A stretch of DNA of 64,000 bases from Pseudomonadota bacterium (lineage in GTDB: Bacteria > Pseudomonadota > Gammaproteobacteria > Burkholderiales > Gallionellaceae): NCBI GenBank assembly GCA_021787435.1, contig JAJYLY010000008.1:6319-70318 (forward strand), in the 5' to 3' direction. The position numbers and the translations under genes are program-made. The notes under the pieces are model-generated. The model saw nothing but the letters and a program-made list of their open reading frames with translations, searched no databases and was not told the origin of the DNA. Of the stretch, positions 26,822-38,677 are shown piece by piece. Numbering within the stretch: the stretch's first letter is position 1; each line of letters opens with the position of its first letter.

Positions 26822-28165
26822 CTAATCCCCCTTCTCCTGCACTCTTGCACGCGCCCAGCCCTTCCCAAACACAATATTGAGCTCTGCCCCCACAATCAAA
26901 CTGCGCGCATCCGATACCATGCGACCATTTTCGTCCTGCACTAGACTGTAACCTCTCGCCAATACCCGCTCCGGGTTGAGAAGGCTAAGATGCTGCATAA
27001 TCGCATCAAGTTTTGTCAGTCGCTGACTCTGGCTCGTGTACACCGCATTGATTAAGCGCTCACGCAGATGATCCTGCTTATCCCTCAATCGATGAAAGTC
27101 GCTGCCTACGCCGTGCATGCGTTGCATCAAAAATGACTGTCTCCACTGCTGCTGTTGCAACATATGTTCGAAATTGCGTTGCATTTGTTGTTGCAACTGG
27201 TCAAGTTGCCGTGCCTTTTGTTGCAGCTGTTCGGCAGGATGCACGATGCGACGCTGCAAATAATCCAGCGTCTGCATGGCATGTCTTACTCGGTTGCGCA
27301 TCGGGCGCACCAGATGCTGTGACATGTCGCGCAAACCCTGCAGCAAAGATAAGCGATCGGGCACTACCCTTTGTGCAGCAGCAGTCGGGGTAGGCGCACG
27401 TTCATCGGCAACAAAATCGGCTATGGTAAAATCCGTCTCATGACCGATGCCGCTGACAATGGGAATTCTGCTTGCTGCAATGGCCCGCGCGACGACCTCT
27501 TCGTTGAAGGCCCACAAATCCTCAATGCTGCCGCCACCCCGGCACAGAATCAGCACAGAACATTCGGCCCGGCTGTTGGCCAATTCTATGGCCTGCACAA
27601 TCTTCTCCGCGCTCCCTCCCCCTTGCACTGGCGACGGATACAACACGACAGGCACGCTGGGCAGACGCAGCTTCAATGTGGACAGTACATCGCGCAATGC
27701 GGCAGCCTGGATCGACGTGATGATGCCTATACGCTTTGGAAAACTGGGCAAAGGCCGCTTACGCGTTACCGCAAACAAGCCTGCCCGCTCAAGTTTCTGT
27801 TTGAGCCTTGCAAATTGCTCATACAAAACGCCCAGACCCGCCGGGCGCAGCTGCTCGATAGTCAGCTGAAAATCACCACGCGCCTCGTAAAGGCTTGCTG
27901 ATGCCAGCACTTCGACCTGAACGCCATTGTCCAATCCATGACCCTGCATGATATTCTTCTGGCGAAACATCACGCAGCGTACTTGCGCCTGTTCGTCCTT
28001 CAACGCAAAATACCAGTGACCAGAAGATGCCTTGACCAGATTGCTGATCTCACCTTTCACCCACAGCAAAGGCACGGATCCTTCCAGCAACTGGTTGATT
28101 GCACGAGTAAGCTCAGACACACGCAGCACACGCTGGTTTTCTTTTAAAAAATCTGTTGCAGACAT
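26822..28165 (-). CDS. xseA: exodeoxyribonuclease VII large subunit
   Basis: OB-fold N-terminus (LRVSELTRAINQLLEGSVPLLWVKGEISNLVKASSGHWYFALKD), a catalytic core, and a long helical C-terminus. Confidence 0.9.
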   Translation of the reverse strand: MSATDFLKENQRVLRVSELTRAINQLLEGSVPLLWVKGEISNLVKASSGHWYFALKDEQAQVRCVMFRQKNIMQGHGLDNGVQVEVLASASLYEARGDFQLTIEQLRPAGLGVLYEQFARLKQKLERAGLFAVTRKRPLPSFPKRIGIITSIQAAALRDVLSTLKLRLPSVPVVLYPSPVQGGGSAEKIVQAIELANSRAECSVLILCRGGGSIEDLWAFNEEVVARAIAASRIPIVSGIGHETDFTIADFVADERAPTPTAAAQRVVPDRLSLLQGLRDMSQHLVRPMRNRVRHAMQTLDYLQRRIVHPAEQLQQKARQLDQLQQQMQRNFEHMLQQQQWRQSFLMQRMHGVGSDFHRLRDKQDHLRERLINAVYTSQSQRLTKLDAIMQHLSLLNPERVLARGYSLVQDENGRMVSDARSLIVGAELNIVFGKGWARARVQEKGD

Positions 28166-28346
28166 ATTGACAATTCCAAATTATTCACAAACTCAGGCAA
28201 CATACCGCTTAGTGCCGAATCATCCGTAATAAAAACACAACACTTACATTAAGTATATGATTACAAATGATAATAAATGAATCAAAAAACAGGCAAAACC
28301 TATAAAACCCTTGCAAATCGCGGCTTTCAAACCTAAATCAACATCC

Positions 28347-28381
28347 TTGTCCACAGAGTTATCCACAGATATTGTGGGTAA
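28347..28381. promoter_or_regulatory. cluster of three DnaA-box 9-mers
   Basis: TTGTCCACA (28347-55, 1 mismatch), TTATCCACA (28359-67, perfect consensus), and TGTGGGTAA (28373-81, reverse complement TTACCCACA, 1 mismatch), all in the AT-rich xseA-exbB spacer. Confidence 0.45.
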
Positions 28382-28555
28382 ACAATAATACGTTATATAT
28401 AACCGTGAATTAACTCATGCATATTGAAGAAAAGTCTGAGAAATCTTGCTCAACTGCGAATGACACGCTACAGTTGCAGCTTCAGAGCATCAAAAATCAT
28501 CACAATCAATTAAAGCACGATAATTAAGTATCACAATCATATTTGGAGAATACCT

Positions 28556-29164
28556 GTGTTAGCAATCGTAGAAGCGGCTGGCTGGCCAATCTGGTTTTTG
28601 ATTTTTGCATCCATCATAGCAGTCGGTTTGATCACTGAAAGACTGATTTCTCTGCGCAGCAGCAGGGTTGCACCGCCTTCACTACTCGACGAAGTGATCA
28701 AGGAACTCAAACAACGCGGAGTCAACGATGACATGCTGGCTAAACTGGCGAAACATTCCCCTTTGGGCTGTATCTTCGCGGCGGGATTGAAGAATATCAA
28801 AAGCTCTCCGGAAGTCATGAAAGAATCCGTCGAAGAGGCAGGGCGCGCCGCAGCTCATGACCTGGAGCGTTTTCTCACCACGCTGGGTACCATCGCGTCG
28901 ATCAGTCCATTGCTAGGCTTGTTCGGCACCGTGGTCGGCATGATTGAAATTTTCGGCTCTCAAACTGCCGCAGGCAATAGCCCGGCGATCCTGGCGCACG
29001 GCATTTCTGTTGCCTTGTATAACACAGCATTCGGCCTGATTGTCGCCATACCCAGTATGATTTCTTACCGTCATTTCCGAGCCAAGGCAGACAGCCTGAC
29101 CATAGAAATGGAGCAACAGGCCATCAAACTGGTCGAAATCGTACACGGTCAGCGTAAGGGTTAA
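28556..29164 (+). CDS. exbB: MotA/TolQ/ExbB proton-channel family protein
   Basis: GTG start, three TM helices, and the conserved LGTIASISPLLGLFGTVVGMIEIF motif. Confidence 0.8.
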   Translation: MLAIVEAAGWPIWFLIFASIIAVGLITERLISLRSSRVAPPSLLDEVIKELKQRGVNDDMLAKLAKHSPLGCIFAAGLKNIKSSPEVMKESVEEAGRAAAHDLERFLTTLGTIASISPLLGLFGTVVGMIEIFGSQTAAGNSPAILAHGISVALYNTAFGLIVAIPSMISYRHFRAKADSLTIEMEQQAIKLVEIVHGQRKG

Positions 29165-29166
29165 CA

Positions 29167-29586
29167 ATGAATTTTCAACGCGGACGCACTCGTGAAGAAC
29201 CGGAAATCAATCTGATTCCGATGATAGACGTACTGCTTGTGATCCTGATTTTCATGATGGTCACAACTAGCTATGCAAAATTTTCCGAATTGCAGATCAA
29301 TTTACCTCAAGCCGGCGGAGAGCCTGCCGCTTCAGAAGTCAAACCCATCAATGTCTCCATCGACGCCACAGAACATTACGCGATCAACGACGGCACAATC
29401 CGGTATAGCGGAGTGCCCGCGCTGGCCGCTGAAATAAAAAAAGCGGCAGGCACACAGACAGACCCTACCATCGTGATCAATGCTGATGCCAAAACACCGC
29501 ATCAGGCCGTCATCAACGTGATGGAAGCGGCTCGACAGGCAGGTTTTGGGCGCATTACCTTTGCTACGCAGAACGAAGCCAAATAA
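29167..29586 (+). CDS. exbD: ExbD/TolR biopolymer transport protein
   Basis: EINLIPMIDVLLVILIFMMV TM signature and a periplasmic domain. Starts 2 nt after exbB. Confidence 0.8.
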   Translation: MNFQRGRTREEPEINLIPMIDVLLVILIFMMVTTSYAKFSELQINLPQAGGEPAASEVKPINVSIDATEHYAINDGTIRYSGVPALAAEIKKAAGTQTDPTIVINADAKTPHQAVINVMEAARQAGFGRITFATQNEAK

Positions 29587-29693
29587 AAATAATTCGCAAA
29601 ATTCACGAAACGACTCAGATCTCAGCCCACCTCCTTAACTGAGCCTTCAGAAACTGCGATTCGTGAACAGCCGTCATTTAAGGATTTATCGGC

Positions 29694-30692
29694 ATGACTG
29701 GACTTGAAAAATACTGGTATCGGACAAGTCCAGTCCATCTGATTCTGCTGCCCGCAAGCTGGCTATTTGGCGCATTGTCAGCTTTGCGTCGCCTCTTTTA
29801 TCGCAGCCATATTCTTGAATCCTTTAAATTGCCCGTGCCCGTCATCGTCATCGGAAATATCAGCGTGGGCGGCACTGGCAAGACGCCACTCACACTGGCC
29901 ATCGCTGAGCAACTGGCAAAGCAAGGTTATCGACCTACAATCATCAGCCGTGGCTATGGCGGCAATAATTTTCAGCAGGTCGTCACGGAAAAGAGCTTGG
30001 CGCAAGAGGTAGGAGATGAACCACTGCTGATGGCAAAACGCAACATCTGCCCAGTATGGGTAGGCAAAGACCGCGTTGCCACTGCAAGGCAGGTTTTAAT
30101 TGCACATCCGCAATGTGATGTACTGCTGTGTGATGATGGCTTGCAGCATTACCGCTTGCAGCGCGATATGGAAATTGCGGTCATCGATGGTGTACGCCGT
30201 TTCGGCAATCGTCATCTGCTCCCGGCAGGGCCGTTGCGCGAGTCAGTCTCCAGATTGAATACAGTTGACGCAGTGGTGATCAATGGCGGACAAAGTATTC
30301 CTGGGTTAAAGAATCAATATGCAATGCAGTTGTCAGGAAGTATTTTTCATAACCTGCGTCATTCCGAAAAAATTGCAGACGCGGAACAGTTTAGCGGATT
30401 GCGGTTGCATGCTGCCGCCGGCATCGGGAATCCGCAACGTTTTTTTGCACACCTGACAACGCTGGGATTGCGTTTCACGCCACATGCGTTTGCAGATCAC
30501 CATCTTTTCAAGGCCAGCGATTTGTTCTTCGATGAATGCGATGCGCTATTCCTTACTGAAAAAGATGCGGTAAAATGCACGGCGTTTGCTGATGATCGTT
30601 TCTGGGTACTGCGTGTCGATGCACAAGTCGATCCCGCACTGCTCAACCACCTACTGCGAAAGATTGCTATTCATGGATGCAAAACTGCTTGA
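29694..30692 (+). CDS. lpxK: tetraacyldisaccharide 4'-kinase
   Basis: P-loop [17 protein letters not shown] and SRGYGG motif. Confidence 0.9.
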   Translation: MTGLEKYWYRTSPVHLILLPASWLFGALSALRRLFYRSHILESFKLPVPVIVIGNISVGGTGKTPLTLAIAEQLAKQGYRPTIISRGYGGNNFQQVVTEKSLAQEVGDEPLLMAKRNICPVWVGKDRVATARQVLIAHPQCDVLLCDDGLQHYRLQRDMEIAVIDGVRRFGNRHLLPAGPLRESVSRLNTVDAVVINGGQSIPGLKNQYAMQLSGSIFHNLRHSEKIADAEQFSGLRLHAAAGIGNPQRFFAHLTTLGLRFTPHAFADHHLFKASDLFFDECDALFLTEKDAVKCTAFADDRFWVLRVDAQVDPALLNHLLRKIAIHGCKTA

Positions 30693-30858
30693 TATTCTCG
30701 TCTGCCCTTTATGCAAATCACCGCTGATCTATCGCAAGACAGAACAGGAGCTGATCTGCAAACCAGACCGCCTAGCCTATAAAATTGAAGACGGTATACC
30801 AGTCATGCTGGTTGATGAGGCGCGCAAACTGACGCCTGAAGAAGCTGAAGCGCTTTAA
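30673..30858 (+). CDS. Trm112/YcaR-family small zinc-ribbon-like protein
   Basis: [18 protein letters not shown]...[12 protein letters not shown]. Conserved position between lpxK and kdsB. ATG at 30673. Confidence 0.75.
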   Translation: MDAKLLDILVCPLCKSPLIYRKTEQELICKPDRLAYKIEDGIPVMLVDEARKLTPEEAEAL

Positions 30859-30859
30859 A

Positions 30860-31633
30860 GTGGTCGATTTTCACGTCGTCATTCCGGCGCGCCATTCCTC
30901 AACCCGCTTGCCCGGCAAACCACTGTTGCATATTGCGGGCAAACCCATGGTGGTACGCGTTGCCGAACAGGCCGCAAAAAGCGGTGCTCGGCAAATTTGG
31001 ATAGCCACCGACCATCATGCGATTGCAAACGTGGTGCACGAGCATGGTTTCAAGGCTTGCATGACGAAAGATACGCACGCAAGCGGCACTGATCGCATCG
31101 CCGAGGTGGTTGAAAAACAAGGCTGGCCTGATGAGACGATCGTAGTCAACGTGCAGGGCGATGAACCATTGATCCCGCCAGGCCTGATCAACTCAGTAGC
31201 CAGCCACTTGCACGGTCATCCGGAATGTGCGGTGGCCACAGCCTGCCATGCGATACACGGCGAAGAGGACATGCGCAATCCGAACATCGTCAAGGCTGTG
31301 TTGGACAAAAACAACAACGCGCTGTATTTTAGCCGCGCTCCGATACCCTACCCGCGCGATGTGTTTGCCAATGGGGCAAGTTTGCCGGATGACCTACCCG
31401 TGTTGCGCCATATCGGCATTTACGCCTATCGCGCAGTTTTTTTGCGGGCATACGGTAAACTGGCTCCCGCCATCATCGAACAATACGAATCACTTGAACA
31501 GTTGCGCGCGCTTTATCACGGCTACAAAATCGGCGTATTTATCGCAGACGATGCACCTCCTGGCGGTGTTGATACGGAAAAGGATTTGCAAGCGGCAAGA
31601 AAAGCTTTTGAAAAGACAGCAAGTAGCAAGTAG
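30860..31633 (+). CDS. kdsB: 3-deoxy-manno-octulosonate cytidylyltransferase (CMP-Kdo synthetase)
   Basis: VIPARHSSTRLPGKPLLHIAGKPMVVRV, NVQGDEPLI. GTG start. Confidence 0.9.
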   Translation: MVDFHVVIPARHSSTRLPGKPLLHIAGKPMVVRVAEQAAKSGARQIWIATDHHAIANVVHEHGFKACMTKDTHASGTDRIAEVVEKQGWPDETIVVNVQGDEPLIPPGLINSVASHLHGHPECAVATACHAIHGEEDMRNPNIVKAVLDKNNNALYFSRAPIPYPRDVFANGASLPDDLPVLRHIGIYAYRAVFLRAYGKLAPAIIEQYESLEQLRALYHGYKIGVFIADDAPPGGVDTEKDLQAARKAFEKTASSK

Positions 31634-31673
31634 CAAGTCTGGCTGGTGTAACACCCTAATAGCTACTCGCTAC
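31623..31673. repeat. hairpin built from short tandem repeats spanning the kdsB stop
   Basis: GTAGCAAGTAGC (31623-34) pairs with GCTACTCGCTAC (31662-73), 12 bp with 1 mismatch. The arms are themselves tandem (AGTAGCA x2; GCTAC x3). No U-tract follows. Confidence 0.4.
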
Positions 31674-31734
31674 CAGCTACCAGATTGTTATGACTCACGA
31701 TTTCCAACTGACGACTTAACCAAAAGGAGAATAA

Positions 31735-32795
<1,061 letters not shown>

Positions 32796-32949
32796 CCTCC
32801 AATTCCCATTCTATAAAAATGGAAATAAATATTGCCGTAGATGTATCATGTTATGCTAATACTGTTATGATTGGGTGCGTCAAAAATCAAGTTGAAAAAT
32901 AAGGAGCAGTTCGTAAAAAAATAGCGGTTCAACTCTAAAGGAGGCAATC

Positions 32950-34971
32950 ATGTCAGCTGGTCTTGGCTTTGCGTTGTTGTGTGCATCCATAGCAATTTTG
33001 TACGGCATATTTTCCATCAAATGGATACTGGACAAACCGACTGGCAGTGAAAAAATGCGAAGTATCGCCGCTGCGATACAGGAAGGCGCTACCGCCTACC
33101 TTAACCGGCAATACCTCACCATAGGCCTGGTTGGCCTCATCCTGTTCATCCTCATCTTTATAGCCTTGGGCTGGCAAACCGCTACAGGATTTGCAATAGG
33201 CGCCCTGCTTTCGGGTGCTACCGGGTTCATCGGCATGAACGTATCCGTGCGCGCCAATGTGCGCACTGCTGAAGCGGCTAAGGACGGCCTTAATGCCGCG
33301 TTGAATGTCGCATTTAAAGGCGGCGCCATCACAGGCATGCTGGTGGTGGGTTTGGGGTTGTTAGGTGTTGCAGGCTATTACACATTCCTGACCCATAATG
33401 GCGACACCCTGACAGAAGCCACCCACGCATTGGTGGGGCTAGGTTTTGGCGGCTCTTTGATTTCCATCTTCGCTCGCCTTGGCGGAGGCATTTTCACCAA
33501 GGGTGCAGACGTAGGCGCGGACCTAGTGGGCAAAGTCGAAGCCGGGATACCGGAAGATGACCCGCGCAATCCAGCGGTGATTGCCGACAACGTAGGCGAC
33601 AATGTCGGCGATTGCGCAGGCATGGCAGCAGATCTTTTCGAAACCTACGCGGTCACCATCATCGCCACCATGATGCTGGGCGGCCTGTTGATGAAAAATG
33701 CAGGCGAGAACGCGGTGATTTTCCCGCTGGTGCTGGGTGGCTTCTCCATCATTGCCTCCATCATCGGCACTTTCTTTGTCAAGGCCAGGCCCGGCGGCAA
33801 GATCATGAACGCCTTATATCGTGGCCTTGCGGTGTCCGCCATATTAGCGCTGATCGCTTTCTATCCGCTAACCGACTGGATCATGAAAGACAACGGTGTC
33901 TATAGCGTGAGTGCGCTGTATGGCGCGACCGTCATCGGACTGTTGCTCACCGCAGCCCTGGTCTGGATCACCGAATACTATACCGCCACCGAATATGCAC
34001 CGGTGCGCCACATCGCCTTCGCTTCCACCACAGGGCACGGCACCAACGTGATCGCGGGTCTTGGTGTGTCCATGAAATCCACCGCAGCCCCTGTGCTGGC
34101 AGTGTGCATGGCCATCATGGGCGCGTATTCACTGGCTGGCCTTTATGGCATCGCCATCGCCGCCACTGCGATGCTCTCGATGACCGGCATCATCGTGGCA
34201 CTCGACGCCTACGGCCCGATCACCGATAACGCAGGCGGCATTGCCGAAATGGCAGGCTTGCCGGAAGAAATTCGCAACATCACCGACCCGCTCGACGCGG
34301 TTGGCAACACCACAAAGGCGGTCACCAAAGGCTACGCCATTGGCTCTGCAGGACTGGCAGCGCTGGTGCTATTTGCCGATTACACCCATGCGCTGGAAGC
34401 ACACTCACACAGCGCCATGCTGTTTGACCTGTCCGACCACATGGTGATCGTCGGTCTGTTCATCGGCGGCATGGTTCCCTATCTGTTCGGTGCGATGGGC
34501 ATGGAGGCGGTAGGTCGTGCTGCTGGCGCAGTAGTTGTTGAAGTTCGCCGCCAGTTCAAGGAAATTCCCGGCATCATGGAAGGGACAGGAAAACCTGAAT
34601 ACGGCACTTGTGTGGACATGCTGACCAGGGCTGCGATCAAGGAAATGCTCATCCCTTCGCTTTTGCCTGTCGCCGTACCTGTCATCGTGGGTCTCACGCT
34701 GGGTGCTCAGGCACTGGGCGGCGTGCTGGTGGGTACCATCATCACCGGAATCTTCGTCGCAATCTCGATGACCACAGGCGGTGGCGCATGGGACAATGCA
34801 AAAAAATACATCGAGGAAGGCAACTACGGAGGCAAGGGTTCTGAGGCGCACAAGGCGGCCGTTACCGGGGACACCGTGGGCGACCCATACAAGGATACCG
34901 CAGGACCTGCGATCAACCCGCTGATCAAGATCATCAACATCGTCGCGCTGATGATCGTCCCGCTGCTTTGA
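32950..34971 (+). CDS. hppA: membrane-bound proton-translocating pyrophosphatase
   Basis: 673 aa, about 16 TM helices, with signature motifs [41 protein letters not shown] and [14 protein letters not shown]. Confidence 0.95.
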   Translation: MSAGLGFALLCASIAILYGIFSIKWILDKPTGSEKMRSIAAAIQEGATAYLNRQYLTIGLVGLILFILIFIALGWQTATGFAIGALLSGATGFIGMNVSVRANVRTAEAAKDGLNAALNVAFKGGAITGMLVVGLGLLGVAGYYTFLTHNGDTLTEATHALVGLGFGGSLISIFARLGGGIFTKGADVGADLVGKVEAGIPEDDPRNPAVIADNVGDNVGDCAGMAADLFETYAVTIIATMMLGGLLMKNAGENAVIFPLVLGGFSIIASIIGTFFVKARPGGKIMNALYRGLAVSAILALIAFYPLTDWIMKDNGVYSVSALYGATVIGLLLTAALVWITEYYTATEYAPVRHIAFASTTGHGTNVIAGLGVSMKSTAAPVLAVCMAIMGAYSLAGLYGIAIAATAMLSMTGIIVALDAYGPITDNAGGIAEMAGLPEEIRNITDPLDAVGNTTKAVTKGYAIGSAGLAALVLFADYTHALEAHSHSAMLFDLSDHMVIVGLFIGGMVPYLFGAMGMEAVGRAAGAVVVEVRRQFKEIPGIMEGTGKPEYGTCVDMLTRAAIKEMLIPSLLPVAVPVIVGLTLGAQALGGVLVGTIITGIFVAISMTTGGGAWDNAKKYIEEGNYGGKGSEAHKAAVTGDTVGDPYKDTAGPAINPLIKIINIVALMIVPLL

Positions 34972-34981
34972 GTCAGTTGCG

Positions 34982-35009
34982 CCAGGATAGCTCCAACGAG
35001 CTATCTTGG
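34982..35009 (+). terminator. strong stem-loop after hppA (no U-tract)
   Basis: CCAGGATAGCTC caac GAGCTATCTTGG forms a 12-bp stem (11 Watson-Crick + 1 G-U) with a 4-nt loop, 10 nt after the stop codon. Confidence 0.45.
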
Positions 35010-35051
35010 CTCGTGCAGACGCCTTAAAATATAATCAGCTCTTTTTCGCTT

Positions 35052-35687
35052 TTGGCGCAACCCGTGAAAACACGTATCTGTTTTATTCGACATGGAGAAA
35101 CCGACTGGAACGCCAGCCGTCGCATCCAGGGACAGCTGGACATTCCGCTTAATGAGAACGGCAGAAATCAGGCGCTGTCGCTTAGCGCACTCCATGACAA
35201 CAACTTCAACAGTATCTACAGCAGTGATTTGAGTCGCGCTCATGAAACAGCAAAGATGCTTGCAAATAATATTGACGTCATCAAGCTGCCTTCCTTGCGC
35301 GAGCGCCATCATGGCCAGTTTCAGGGCCTCACCGCAAACGAGGCAGAGATGCGCTATCCAGAAGCATATGCCCGTTACAAGTCGCGAGATCCGGACTATG
35401 ATTTCGAAACTGGCGAAAGCTTGGTGCAGTTTGCATTGCGGGTCGGCGCGGTAATGGATGCGCTTGCCAAACAGCACGTTGGAGAAACTGTTGCCGTCGT
35501 CACGCATGCGGGCGTGCTCGACATCGTCTATCGCAAGGCCACCGGAAGGCCGCTGCGAACTCCTCGCGATTTTGCGGTACGCAACTGTGCGATGAACTGG
35601 TTTTCTGTCAGCGGGGACGGCTTGAAACTTGAAGCGTGGGACGATCACTGCGGCTTGTTCAAAACCGAAACAGAGTCCGTGGAATAG
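35052..35687 (+). CDS. histidine phosphatase (phosphoglycerate mutase) family protein
   Basis: RHGETDWN catalytic motif, RAHETA, and VVTHAGVL. Confidence 0.75.
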   Translation: MAQPVKTRICFIRHGETDWNASRRIQGQLDIPLNENGRNQALSLSALHDNNFNSIYSSDLSRAHETAKMLANNIDVIKLPSLRERHHGQFQGLTANEAEMRYPEAYARYKSRDPDYDFETGESLVQFALRVGAVMDALAKQHVGETVAVVTHAGVLDIVYRKATGRPLRTPRDFAVRNCAMNWFSVSGDGLKLEAWDDHCGLFKTETESVE

Positions 35688-35695
35688 CGATATCG

Positions 35696-36661
35696 CTAAG
35701 CCTTGGCCGGTTTGCCTGCCTTCTGATCGGGAAAATCCGTGATGCCAAGCAGATATTTCTCGCTTATCAGTTTGCTTTCTTCATGCAGGAATTCGAGAAA
35801 TACTTTGGCGAGCACAGACAGTTGCTTGTCCTTGGCATAGGCCAGATACCAGTGGCGGCGTATCGGAAACCCTTCCACGTCGAGAATCACAAGCTCATCT
35901 GCGCTGCGTTCAAGCGCAAGTGTGTGCGCAGACACCACCGCGATCCCCAGCCCGCCTGCGACAGCCTGCTTGATTGCCTCGTTGCTGCCAAGTTCCATCC
36001 TGACCTTGAGTTTCAACCCTCGCTCGGTGAAAAATTTTTCGGTGGCAAGGCGTGTGCCTGAACCCGCCTCCCGCATCAGGAACGGCTCTTCAGTAATGCG
36101 CTTGGGCGGAATATCCTTTGCGTTCGCAAGGGGGTGGTTGCGCGCAGCCAGCACCACCATCGGGTTTTCCAGAAAAGGGGTCAACTCGACATCCATATGT
36201 TCAGGCGGCTGCCCCAGAACATACAAGTCGTCGAGATTATCCGCCATACGTTGCAACATGCGCTCACGATTTTCCACCTTGAGAGACACATCTATGCCGG
36301 GATAACGCTGGCAAAATAACCCTAGCAGGCGTGGCACAAAATACTTGGCGGTGGTGATCACCGATAATTTCAGTCTACCTGCCTTGACGCCTTTCATGTC
36401 CGACAACAACATCTCGAAACGCGAAAGGCCGTCGAAAATATCCCGGCAAACCTTGAGTAGTTCACGTCCCACATCGGTTAAAAATACCTTCTTCCCGATC
36501 TGCTCGACAAGCGGCTGTCCAACAATATCCGTCAGCTGTTTAAGCTGGATAGATACCGTCGGCTGTGTGGTGTGCAGCTCTTCGGCTGCCCGGGTGAAAC
36601 TCAAGTTGCGCGCAACCGCTTCAAAGACTTTCAGCTGACGTAACGTGGCATTCTTGATCAT
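35696..36661 (-). CDS. cbbR: LysR-family regulator divergent from cbbL
   Basis: LRQLKVFEAVARNLSFTRAAEELHTTQPTVSIQLKQL wHTH plus a LysR substrate-binding domain. The divergent position upstream of RuBisCO genes is typical of CbbR. Confidence 0.8.
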   Translation of the reverse strand: MIKNATLRQLKVFEAVARNLSFTRAAEELHTTQPTVSIQLKQLTDIVGQPLVEQIGKKVFLTDVGRELLKVCRDIFDGLSRFEMLLSDMKGVKAGRLKLSVITTAKYFVPRLLGLFCQRYPGIDVSLKVENRERMLQRMADNLDDLYVLGQPPEHMDVELTPFLENPMVVLAARNHPLANAKDIPPKRITEEPFLMREAGSGTRLATEKFFTERGLKLKVRMELGSNEAIKQAVAGGLGIAVVSAHTLALERSADELVILDVEGFPIRRHWYLAYAKDKQLSVLAKVFLEFLHEESKLISEKYLLGITDFPDQKAGKPAKA

Positions 36662-36676
36662 GGCGCTTCATTGGAT

Positions 36677-36704
36677 TTAATCATAGACAATGATAAATGA
36701 TTAA
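36677..36704. promoter_or_regulatory. nested inverted repeats, candidate CbbR (LysR T-N11-A type) operator
   Basis: TTAATCAT (36677-84) and ATGATTAA (36697-704) form a perfect 8-bp inverted repeat. An inner ATCAT-agaca-ATGAT lies at 36680-94. The site begins 16 nt upstream of the cbbR start codon. Confidence 0.4.
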
Positions 36705-36823
36705 CATTAAAAAAAACAATTATTATTTATACTTGATAGCCTATATAGTGCCAACACGCTCAAACGGGCTACAGGTCTTTCACCGTGAAAGACATCTGAT
36801 TAACCAGACATAAAGGAATTGCT

Positions 36824-38245
36824 ATGGCAGTCAAGACCTACAACGCCGGTGTAAAAGAATACCGGCAAACTTACTGGACGCCGGAATACACGCCGCTGGA
36901 TACCGACATTCTCGCTTGCTTCAAGATCACACCTCAACCTGGCGTGGATCGCGAAGAAGTCGCGGCTGCGGTGGCTGCCGAGTCTTCAACCGGTACCTGG
37001 ACTACGGTGTGGACCGACCTTCTGACCGACCTCGACTACTACAAGGGCCGCGCCTATCGCATCGAAGACGTACCAGGCGATGACACCTGCTTCTACGCAT
37101 TTGTTGCATACCCTATCGATCTGTTCGAAGAAGGCTCCGTGGTCAACGTGCTGACTTCTCTGGTGGGTAACGTATTCGGCTTCAAGGCCTTGCGTGCACT
37201 GCGTCTGGAAGACGTGCGCTTCCCGATCGCCTACGTGAAGACCTGCGGCGGCCCGCCACAAGGTATCCAGGTTGAACGCGACAAGATGAACAAGTATGGC
37301 CGTCCACTGCTAGGCTGCACCATCAAGCCTAAACTGGGTCTGTCTGCTAAGAACTATGGGCGCGCTGTTTATGAGTGCCTGCGCGGCGGCCTGGATTTCA
37401 CCAAGGACGACGAGAACGTCAACAGCCAACCCTTTATGCGCTGGCGCGACCGTTTCGAGTTCGTACATGAGGCAACGTTGAAGGCAGAACGCGAGACCGG
37501 CGAGCGCAAGGGGCACTACCTGAACGTCACCGCTCCAACGCCTGAAGAGATGTACAAGCGCGCAGAGTTCGCCAAGGAAATCGGCGCACCGATCATCATG
37601 CACGACTACCTGACTGGCGGCTTGACAGCCAATACCGGCTTGGCCAACTGGTGCCGCAACAACGGCATGCTGTTGCACATCCACCGCGCGATGCACGCCG
37701 TGCTCGACCGCAACCCGCACCACGGCATCCACTTCCGCGTGCTGACCAAGGTATTGCGTCTGTCTGGTGGTGATCACCTGCACTCGGGCACTGTGGTTGG
37801 CAAGCTGGAAGGCGACCGCGAAGCAACGCTGGGCTGGATCGACACGATGCGCGACGAGTTCATCAAGGAAGATCGCTCACGCGGCCTGTTCTTCGATCAG
37901 GACTGGGGCTCGATGCCAGGCGTGATTCCTGTCGCATCCGGCGGTATCCATGTATGGCACATGCCAGCACTGGTCAACATCTTTGGTGATGACTCGGTCT
38001 TGCAGTTCGGTGGCGGCACACTGGGCCACCCATGGGGCAATGCAGCAGGTGCAGCGGCTAACCGTGTCGCGCTTGAAGCCTGCGTCGCAGCACGCAACCA
38101 GGGCATCGCAATCGAGAAGGAAGGCAAGGCCATCCTGACCAAGGCAGCAGAAAGCAGCCCCGAACTGAAGATCGCCATGGAAACATGGAAGGAGATCAAG
38201 TTCGAATTCGACACAGTCGACAAACTGGACGTGGCTCACAAGTAA
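36824..38245 (+). CDS. cbbL: RuBisCO large subunit, form IA (green-like)
   Basis: [45 protein letters not shown]..., [23 protein letters not shown] (carbamylated Lys region), 473 aa. Confidence 0.97.
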   Translation: MAVKTYNAGVKEYRQTYWTPEYTPLDTDILACFKITPQPGVDREEVAAAVAAESSTGTWTTVWTDLLTDLDYYKGRAYRIEDVPGDDTCFYAFVAYPIDLFEEGSVVNVLTSLVGNVFGFKALRALRLEDVRFPIAYVKTCGGPPQGIQVERDKMNKYGRPLLGCTIKPKLGLSAKNYGRAVYECLRGGLDFTKDDENVNSQPFMRWRDRFEFVHEATLKAERETGERKGHYLNVTAPTPEEMYKRAEFAKEIGAPIIMHDYLTGGLTANTGLANWCRNNGMLLHIHRAMHAVLDRNPHHGIHFRVLTKVLRLSGGDHLHSGTVVGKLEGDREATLGWIDTMRDEFIKEDRSRGLFFDQDWGSMPGVIPVASGGIHVWHMPALVNIFGDDSVLQFGGGTLGHPWGNAAGAAANRVALEACVAARNQGIAIEKEGKAILTKAAESSPELKIAMETWKEIKFEFDTVDKLDVAHK

Positions 38246-38254
38246 CAGGAACAT

Positions 38255-38282
38255 TCCGGACGCACCTCAAGTGCGATCCGGA
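38255..38282 (+). other. intercistronic stem-loop between cbbL and cbbS
   Basis: TCCGGACGCAC ctcaa GTGCG(A)TCCGGA forms 5+6 bp with a one-base bulge, 10 nt after the cbbL stop. No U-tract. Confidence 0.4.
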
Positions 38283-38311
38283 TTCCCATACCACATTTGA
38301 AAGGAAATGAA

Positions 38312-38668
38312 ATGTCTGAAGTAATGGATTACAAAAGCCGCCTGTCTGATCCTGCCAGCCGCAAGTTCGAGACTTTCTCCTACTTGCCAGCGATGACAGC
38401 AGCAGAAATCAAGAAACAGGTCGAGTACCTGGTTTCCAAAGGCTGGAACCCGGCTATCGAGCACATCGAGCCAGAGTATTTGATGGATTCGTACTGGTAC
38501 ATGTGGAAACTGCCGATGTTTGGCGAAACCGATGTTACCAAGGTTCTGGCCGAAGCCGAAGCCTGTCACAAAGCCAACCCGAACAACCACGTGCGTCTGA
38601 TTGGTTACAACAACTTCAATCAGTCACAAGGTGCGGCGATGGTGATTTTCCGCGGCAAGACTGTTTAA
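38312..38668 (+). CDS. cbbS: RuBisCO small subunit
   Basis: [44 protein letters not shown]. Start taken at ATG 38312. Confidence 0.9.
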   Translation: MSEVMDYKSRLSDPASRKFETFSYLPAMTAAEIKKQVEYLVSKGWNPAIEHIEPEYLMDSYWYMWKLPMFGETDVTKVLAEAEACHKANPNNHVRLIGYNNFNQSQGAAMVIFRGKTV

Positions 38669-38677
38669 TGCTGTGAT

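Noticed and set aside
28200-28555. Chromosomal replication origin (AT-rich spacer with DnaA boxes).
   Set aside because: There are only three boxes, no repeated AT-rich 13-mer-type unwinding element that I can see, and no dnaA/dnaN/gidA-type neighbours. I report it only as a DnaA-box cluster.
28556-29586. exbB-exbD without an adjacent tonB as an anomaly.
   Set aside because: ExbBD-type pairs next to lpxK/kdsB without tonB look like an ordinary arrangement, and tonB genes are frequently unlinked. It is not unusual enough to report.
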